64,000 nucleotides of DNA from Macrostomum lignano (Eukaryota): positions 1-64,000 of the forward strand of contig NIVC01000095.1 in NCBI GenBank assembly GCA_002269645.1, in the 5' to 3' direction. Positions 57,216 through 64,000 of the stretch are shown here, one piece after another. The stretch's first letter is position 1. Each line of letters opens with the position of its first letter. The notes beneath the pieces are model-generated. The model worked only from the letters and a program-made list of their open reading frames with translations. It had not been told where the DNA came from and did not search any database. The position numbers were made by a program, and so were the translations under genes.

Positions 57216-57590
57216 CTCTTTCATTCTCCCTGCCGCCTCTCCTTTCTCTCTTCTCCTTCTCCCTGTTGCCTCTCTCCTCTCCTCCCTGCCGCCTCTCCTT
57301 TCTCTCTTCTCCTTCTCCCTGTTGCCTCTCTCCTCTCCTCCCTGCCGCCTCTCCTTTCTCTCTTCTCCTTCTCCCTGCCGCCTCTCTCCTCTCCTCCCTG
57401 CCGGCTCTCCTTTCTCTCTTCTCCTTCTCCCTGCCGCCTCCCTCCTCTCCTCCCTGCCGCCTCTCCTTTCTCTCTTCTCCTTCTCCCTGCCGCCTCTCTC
57501 CTCTCCTCCCTGCCGGCTCTCCTTTCTCTCTTCTCTTTCTCCCTGTTGCCTCTCTCCTCTCCTCCCTGCAGCCTCACTTTTCTCTGTCGC
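57216..57590. repeat. CT-rich minisatellite (CTCCCTGCCGCCTCTCCTTTCTCTCTT-type)
   Basis: Direct. Its reverse complement resembles GAGAGGCGGCAGGGAGAAGG near 54726. Confidence 0.9.
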
Positions 57591-58135
57591 CTCTCGCCTT
57601 AGTAGTATCAATAGTAGTAGTAGTACTCGTAGTCGGAAGAACAATATTTGAGCGAAACGCGTTTTCTTTTTCGACTTTCGAAATGTCAAATCCAAAATAT
57701 TGAAAATTTATTATTTAAAAAAAGTATAAGTACGAGAATAATCATGTTACAAAGGTTCTTAATCTACAAAGTGTAGACTCGCATACATGTGCGTTGTAGC
57801 TTTAGAAGAAATAAACTTAGAAACTACTGTTATCAACTTGATAGTAGTAAAGGGATTAAGAGTTTTGTTTATCTGGAATAGACAAGACGATGAAGGTGTA
57901 CTCGTATGTACCTGTATGCGTTAAAAATATGATCTGTAAGTTTTACGAAAAAATTATGGTCGCAAAATTCAGCGTTTTAAAAAATTATGAGAATTCCGGC
58001 TGGGTAAACAACAATTAGCATAATAGGCTTGACAAATAAAAACTGAAAACATTAAATTTAATTTGTTAATATTGATGTATATGTCATCTGACATTTATCT
58101 GTCATCCGTATTAGTCATTAGCTGTCTTGGTGTGT

Positions 58136-59086
58136 CAGTGGCGGCGCAGAGGGGACGTTCCCAACCCAAGAGACAGGGGCGCCCACCAAGAGACAGGGGC
58201 GCCCACCAAGAGACAGGGGCGCCCACCAAAGAGACAGGGACGCCCACCAAAGAGACAGGGGCACCCACCAAAAGACAGGGGCGCCCACCAAAGAGACAGG
58301 GGACAGGGTCACCCACCAAGAGACAGGGGTGCCCACCAAGAGACAGGGGCGCCCACCAAAGAGACAGGGGACAGGGGCACCCACCAAGAGACAGGGGCAT
58401 CCACCAAGAGACAGGGGCGCCCACCAAGAGACAGGGGCGCCCACCAAAGAGACAGGGGACAGGGGCACCCACCAAGAGACAGGGGCACCCACCAAGAGAC
58501 AGGGGCGCCCACCAAGAGACAGGGGCGCCCACCAAAGAGACAGGGGACAGGGGCACCCACCAAGAGACAGGGGCGCCCACCAAAGAGACAGGGGACAGGG
58601 GCACCCACCAAGAGACAGGGGCACCCACCAAGAGACAGGGGCGCCCACCAAGAGACAGGGGCGCCCACCAAAGAGACAGGGGACAGGGGCACCCACCAAG
58701 AGACAGGGGCACCCACCAAGAGACAGGGGTGCCCACCAAGAGACAGGGGTGCCCACCAAGAGACAGGGGTGCCCACCAAGAGACAGGGGCGCCCACCAAG
58801 AGACAGGGGCACCCACCAAGAGACAGGGGCGCCCACCAAGAGACAGGGGCGCCCACCAAGAGACAGGGGCGCCCACCAAAGAGACAGGGGACAGGGGCGC
58901 CCACCAAGAGACAGGGGCGCCCACCAAAGAGACAGGGGCACCCACCAAGAGACAGGGGCGCCCACCAAAGAGACAGGGGCACCCACCAAGAGACAGGGGC
59001 ACCCACGAAGACACCGTTGGCGCCGGCCATAATCCACGGGGCTGCGCGAGCCCCCTCCTGTTAAAATTCCTGCGTACGCCTCTATG
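58136..59086. mobile_element. Possible MITE containing the 20-bp minisatellite
   Basis: Left end CAGTGGCGGCGCAG and right-end reverse complement CATAGAGGCGTACGCAG are loosely related. Flanks TGGTGTGT and TGGTGTAA share 6/8. Confidence 0.35.
58160..59010. repeat. 20-bp minisatellite CCCACCAAGAGACAGGGGCG
   Basis: Direct tandem copies with 21- and 27-bp variants. Confidence 0.95.
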
Positions 59087-59487
59087 TGGTGTAAAATATT
59101 ATTCTGAATAATATCTGCAGTGAATTATTGCTTTTATCATGCAGCATTAAGCTACAAAACGGGCAATCACACCAAAGTTGAAGGGTTATAGAATAAATTA
59201 AGGTTGGGCCATAGACTAGCAAATTTGAATAGACATTGAATAGAATCTAGAATAGACATCCAGACTTGCAATGAATGGGCCATAGCGAATGAGGGCCAGC
59301 ATATATCAAGAAAACATTCCATCGTACATTTAAGGGCCGAAATTTTCTGTTTGACTGGTGAAATTGTTTCTGGACAGGGTTTTTTAAACTACTTATTTTA
59401 AGTAGTTTGTTAGCACGGTATTGTTAAAATTTCAATGAAAAAATTATCTACACAAACCTCCTTTTTAAAATCATTTTCAAGGCTTGC

Positions 59488-61779
59488 TCACTTGCCTTTG
59501 GTGAGGGCCACAATGCTTTCCTTAAGGGATGGCACAGATTGCGTCTGGCTTCCGAAAGGCACCTGCTGTGTCAGTCCAGCTAACAGGGGGCTACCCTGAT
59601 CGCTAGGCTTCTTATCCAACTCTCTCAGCAGCATCAGGCACTGCTCAATTAGCGGCCGATCCATTGCCCTGGGCTCGGTCATGGTCTGAACAAGGTAGTC
59701 CCAGGCTACCGTGTCGCCTGTCTTGCACATCCGCAGATCCGATTCGTACTCTCGCGCCCTCTTGCCAAAGAAGCACTCCCAGGCGATCACGCCGAGAGCG
59801 TAGATGTCGGACTTGTTGGAATAGGCTGGCCGGTTGTGCAGGACCTCCGGTGCCATGTAGCCGTTGGTACCACCGAACGTACTGCCGGACATTTCGCTCT
59901 CATGCTTTGCGAGGCCAAAGTCGCACAGCTTAGCTACAATGCGCAACGGTTCGGTATCCTTCTGCACCTCAATTAGTACATTCTCCAGTTTGAGGTCGCG
60001 GTGCAGGATCTGCCGGTTGTGCAGCTGGTAGACGCCGGAGAAGATCTGGTTGCACAGGACGCGGCAAACCGCGAAGGCGGAGCCGCGGCTCTGACTGCCG
60101 ATGTCGTTGCGGGCCGGGATGGCCATCCGGCCAAATCGCCCGAGAAACTGCCACAGGTCGCAGTCGTACTTGAGCGTCAGGAAGCCGACCAGCTGCAGTC
60201 GGGGAAAGTACACCGTGCCTAGCCAGGGTATGATGTTGTTCTGCGTCTCAGACGATACAGTCTTCAGAATGTCAATCTCCAACAGTAGGCGGTGCGACAT
60301 GCTGCCCTTCCCAGGCGCTAGCTTGAGCACCAGCGGCTTCTCTGCTCCTTTGGGCAACACTTCATAAATAGGCTTCCTGCTCACCAGTTCTCTGCCCAAC
60401 TGTTCTGTGCTCGTCACGTCGATGTCAATGCCGTATTTCTCGCACTCTTCCTTGCTGAGAACCTCGCAATTGAGCTTTTCTAGTTGAAGCATCATGAGGT
60501 GGCCTTGGATTTCCTGCAGCTGCTGCTCTAGAATTACGAGGCTCTCGGTGAGGCTCTCATCGGTGTGCCTGGCGTTCTGCGAGGACTCGTAGCTGGCCGG
60601 CAGGATGCAGAAGCATTCCATAAACTCGCGTAGCTGCTTGGCCTCGTCGTCAAGCCGATGCTTCACTCGGTCGAAAAATTGAGTTCGAATCAGCTGACTA
60701 TCGAGCCGATCAAGGAAGTCTTGCGCCAGACCTCTGAGCTCCTTTTTAAACTTTTCGTCGCTCTGCTCACTCTTCTGGGCGCCGATCACTGGCACGATGA
60801 TCGCCATGGTGATGGCGGCCAGCGGCACCCACAGTGGCGCTGCGATGCCCGCTGCGAAAGTTTCCAGACGCCCGGTGCGCAGACGTCTCCGCACCATGTC
60901 TTCTGTGACGCTCTGGATGGTGGCCCGACAGCTGGAGCCGCTGGAACTCGTGCTGCCGGACGAACTGGATGGCAGTTCATTCGAGATGATAAAAATCTCG
61001 GGAATTTCTGCGGCTTGGTAGCACAGCTCCTTGAACTTGCTAACCTTGTCCCTTTGAACGACTTCGTCTGCTTTATTCAGCACCTCCGTCCTGGTGTTCC
61101 ACTCGCGAATCTCGTTGGCTACAACTTCAAGAAATGCGATCTCGACTTTGTTCTCAGAGCTGCCCTTCAGTTCAGCAGCCCGGCTGATGATTTTCTCAAT
61201 AATTTTAGTTCGGACTCGGCCAACCCGCAGGTGCTGAGCCACGTTCTCGGACACTTCTCTCACCAGTCTGTCGCTTAGGCGCTGGAATTCTGAGCCTAAC
61301 CGGGCCGCCATGCTGCGCAGGTTAGCAAAGTCCTTCCTGTACTCGTTCGGATTTCTTCTCTGCTTGTTCGCGATGTTCCTTGACAGGTTGATATTCCGTC
61401 TGATGTGGTGAACCACCTGGAAGGGGACTTTCAGCTCCTTGGTTACCGCTTTAGCTAGACGCGTGCTTCGGATTTTCAGCTCGTTATCCAGCGTGGCCTC
61501 CAGCTGTGGCCTCGCGTTGCTCAGCCCGTCCCACTGCCACTGGGTGAAGTAGCACAGAATGTGCCTGGACACCTTGGACCCGCTGTTGACCTCCGGACTC
61601 TGAACAATTTCGGCCACCTCGTCCCGCTTGCCCCGCTGATGCTGGCACAGCAGCACCAGGCGGCTCTGCATGGCCAAACTGCGAACGTAGCTGAGCTCAG
61701 CTTCCGCCAGTCGGCGCTCCACCTCCGGAGCGAAGAAGTGCACAAGCATCAAGCTGGTTGTGCTTGGCGCCTGGTGCTT
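59488..61779 (-). CDS. DSTYK-like protein kinase, large terminal exon (helical region, hydrophobic segment, kinase domain)
   Basis: Acceptor CAATCTTTCAG|AAG (phase 0) and 764 codons to the stop. Kinase motifs LVLK, LLEIDIL, HRDLKLEN, DFG, GTNGYMAPE, SDIYALG. HRDLKLENVL and KHESEMSGS resemble DSTYK HRDIKLKNVL and KPEAMMSGS. Confidence 0.9.
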   Translation of the reverse strand, partial: KHQAPSTTSLMLVHFFAPEVERRLAEAELSYVRSLAMQSRLVLLCQHQRGKRDEVAEIVQSPEVNSGSKVSRHILCYFTQWQWDGLSNARPQLEATLDNELKIRSTRLAKAVTKELKVPFQVVHHIRRNINLSRNIANKQRRNPNEYRKDFANLRSMAARLGSEFQRLSDRLVREVSENVAQHLRVGRVRTKIIEKIISRAAELKGSSENKVEIAFLEVVANEIREWNTRTEVLNKADEVVQRDKVSKFKELCYQAAEIPEIFIISNELPSSSSGSTSSSGSSCRATIQSVTEDMVRRRLRTGRLETFAAGIAAPLWVPLAAITMAIIVPVIGAQKSEQSDEKFKKELRGLAQDFLDRLDSQLIRTQFFDRVKHRLDDEAKQLREFMECFCILPASYESSQNARHTDESLTESLVILEQQLQEIQGHLMMLQLEKLNCEVLSKEECEKYGIDIDVTSTEQLGRELVSRKPIYEVLPKGAEKPLVLKLAPGKGSMSHRLLLEIDILKTVSSETQNNIIPWLGTVYFPRLQLVGFLTLKYDCDLWQFLGRFGRMAIPARNDIGSQSRGSAFAVCRVLCNQIFSGVYQLHNRQILHRDLKLENVLIEVQKDTEPLRIVAKLCDFGLAKHESEMSGSTFGGTNGYMAPEVLHNRPAYSNKSDIYALGVIAWECFFGKRAREYESDLRMCKTGDTVAWDYLVQTMTEPRAMDRPLIEQCLMLLRELDKKPSDQGSPLLAGLTQQVPFGSQTQSVPSLKESIVALTKGK

Positions 61780-61884
61780 CTGAAAGATTGATTATTAGAC
61801 AAGAAAATCTAGCAGTGAGAATGCATTTCCGCACGAGTACGTCTAAAGGCATCGCAGGAAATTAATTGCACATACCCCGTAAAG

Positions 61885-62180
61885 CAGGGGTTGGCAAACT
61901 TCGGCCCGCAAAGCCTCTCTATCCGGCCCTCCGGTCCTTTGAAACTTCACAATAGCAATCCGGACTGCTCAAGGTTTGTCTCTGCTCAGTTCTCTTTTCT
62001 CACCGCTCTTCTTATCTCTCCTGTCTTCGTCTCCTCTCCTCTCATCTCCTCTCCTCTCTCCTCTCATATCTTTTCCTCTCCCTTCTCTTCTCCTATCCCC
62101 CCTCTCTCCTTTCCTTTCCTCTCCCTTCTCCCTCCCTTCCCTCCTCTCTTCTCTCCTCTCTACTCCTTCATTCATTAGCC
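61885..62180 (+). mobile_element. Left end of a non-autonomous hAT element in the kinase intron
   Basis: CAGGGGTTGGCAAACTTCGGCCCGC terminus. Shares sequence with 12110-12180 and is likewise followed by a CT-rich tract. Preceding 8-mer CCGTAAAG has a central TA. Right TIR not found. Confidence 0.7.
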
Positions 62181-63087
62181 TCTCCTTTCTCATATTCGCC
62201 CCATGGTCTACCCTTGCCTGACGGGCACCGGTAGTTTTGCGCCTGCGATCGCTGAGATCACAGGTCCACTGAGCTGGATTGACGCTAATATTGAAGAGCT
62301 TAGCAGTCGGAACACCTATGAAATAAAGGGATTTTCCAACCCATTCTGATAGCCTAAGCTTGTCTCCTGGTGGACCCAACTCAAGGGCCGCTGTTGTATA
62401 ACAGGGTCAATAGCAATCTTCACTGCCCTAGGCCTTATATCAAATGCAATCATTGATTCTGTGATGAAAAAAATGTCTTTTTCCTATCTCCGCAGTGCAT
62501 TTTTACAGGAAACTGCATGGCCTCTTAAAAATGAAACGATTTATCCAAAAATCATATATACACAAGATGAGCCACTCATTAACCACTTATGTGGCCATAG
62601 AAGCTAATGTGAATAATTTTGCAACTCACGACAGCGCGAAAATCAACTACTGAACTCAATTTCGTCAGTAGTCTCTGCAATGCATGCATCGTTTTTAATT
62701 TGATTGAGTAGCTTTTTATATAATTCACGAGAAATTCTATCAAATTCTTTAAAAATAGCGTCTATGTCCCTAAGCTACTGAACTCAAATTTATAAGCAAC
62801 CGTGTCGGCTTTCTTCGCACAAGTGACGAAAAACAGCGGTCGCACTTTCCCTATTTCCGCAATACAAAGTGGCCTATCTATAGGGAATATAAGATCTATG
62901 GATTTATCTAACGTAGCTGTTATATTACCGGTGGTCCTTGGCCCAACCAACACTTTGCGGTAGATTCACGCTAGCATCTTGACTTCTTTTCGAAGTGACT
63001 GACTGAATATTATAGTACTCATAGAATCTCATAAGAAATTTTGCTGTGTTAAAATTTACTCTGTCCTTATCTATCTAATAGCCATAC

Positions 63088-63717
63088 CTGTGCGGTCAGT
63101 GTCCTCTGGTTCGGGTCCAGCAGCTCCTTGATGGTGGTGTCCACCTTGCACGCAGCAGCGACGCGGATGTTGGCCAGTTGCGGGCACAAGATGCCAATCT
63201 CTACTAGCAAACCGTCAAAATTATAATTTTTGTCGCACTCCAAATTGAGCAGTTCGACAGCCATCCGCTTGTTCATGGATCTCAGGCAGTCGAATCGGTA
63301 TTCGCTGTGCAGAGTCAGTACGCCTTTGCCGTAGATGAGCACCCGAACTGCGACGTCATTATCCCTTTGCCCGGTCACGGTGAACAGAGTCTTGCTTCGA
63401 AAGAAAAGCTCGTCTTCTAGGAGCGTCTGGCCGAAGATAAAACTGTTCAAGGCTAGCAGAGCACGTCTACCTGTCACGGCAATCACCTTGAGCTCTTCGC
63501 TAATCTTCTTGTCTAAGCTCGGCAGAGTTGCCAGAAAGTTGTGCACCTGACTCTGCTGACACGGAAAAATGCCTTCTGCATTGCCAGCCTCCAGTTTCTC
63601 CTGCATCCTTCGACAGAATCCGCTCAGCTGATCGTCCAGCGCGGCATATTTGGCAATGATTTTGGCCAAGTTCGGGTTTACCTGCACCAGCCCACTAGAG
63701 CTTCTTGCATCCTGCAT
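63088..63717 (-). CDS. DSTYK-like protein, upstream exon (degenerate dynamin/mitofusin-like N-terminal region)
   Basis: 210 codons from the ATG at 63717 to donor CAG|GTATGG (phase 0), which joins the 61779 acceptor for ~973 aa in total. VEIGILCPQLANIRVAA resembles the DSTYK segment LEVTMHHALLQEVDVVV. True start not verified. Confidence 0.75.
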
Positions 63718-64000
63718 TTCCTTCAGAGTTTGAGAAGAAGCTTGCGATGGCGGTTGAATTCAGAGAGAGAAATATAGGGCATGGCCGTGTTTGCTTCTGC
63801 CTCTTCTTCTGTCCCTTGTTACTATCAATATATGTATGGCAGTCTTGCTACCCCAGGCTATGGTCATGGAGACGAGTTTTATTGCTTTGCATCGCGTACA
63901 TTGTGCGTTGTGTGCACAGTTTAAGATGGATGAAAACAAGTAACTAACTATAAATATACACTGAACCATGCAGCCACCTTGTAGATAGCTTTGTGCAAAG

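Noticed and set aside
58063-59111. 240-333 aa ORFs in six frames
   Set aside because: Products of the 20-bp minisatellite.
62762-62953. ORF as a middle exon of the kinase gene
   Set aside because: No phase-0 acceptor exists in that frame, while 63088 joins 61779 directly in phase 0 and gives a continuous DSTYK-like alignment.

Overview
Repeat-rich eukaryotic (invertebrate-like metazoan) genomic DNA: AT-rich introns and intergenic DNA with GC-rich exons. No prokaryotic features and no CRISPR array. Most long ORFs in the supplied track are artefacts of tandem repeats. Three protein-coding genes are supported: (1) a three-exon FAM60A/SINHCAF homologue on the minus strand (41462-37103); (2) an H2A.Z histone variant with an uninterrupted CDS and an unusual C-terminal tail (53576-53998, +); (3) a two-exon DSTYK-like protein joining a degenerate dynamin/mitofusin-like region, a hydrophobic segment and a kinase domain (63717-59488, -). 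Mobile DNA: a full-length hAT (Charlie/Buster-type) transposon with perfect 8-bp TSDs and a transposase broken by a single in-frame TGA (42854-45763), two related non-autonomous hAT copies, an 85-bp micro-MITE, two copies of a tRNA-derived SINE, a truncated RTE-like LINE 3' end, a decayed Gypsy integrase, and an unexplained inverted-repeat (foldback-like) structure. The first ~33 kb is dominated by micro- and minisatellites and probably hides further small exons that I could not assemble with confidence. I found no clear novel multi-gene system. The best leads are the DSTYK-like architecture, the near-intact hAT family, the H2A.Z tail and the TAGGCCTA clusters beside two divergent genes.
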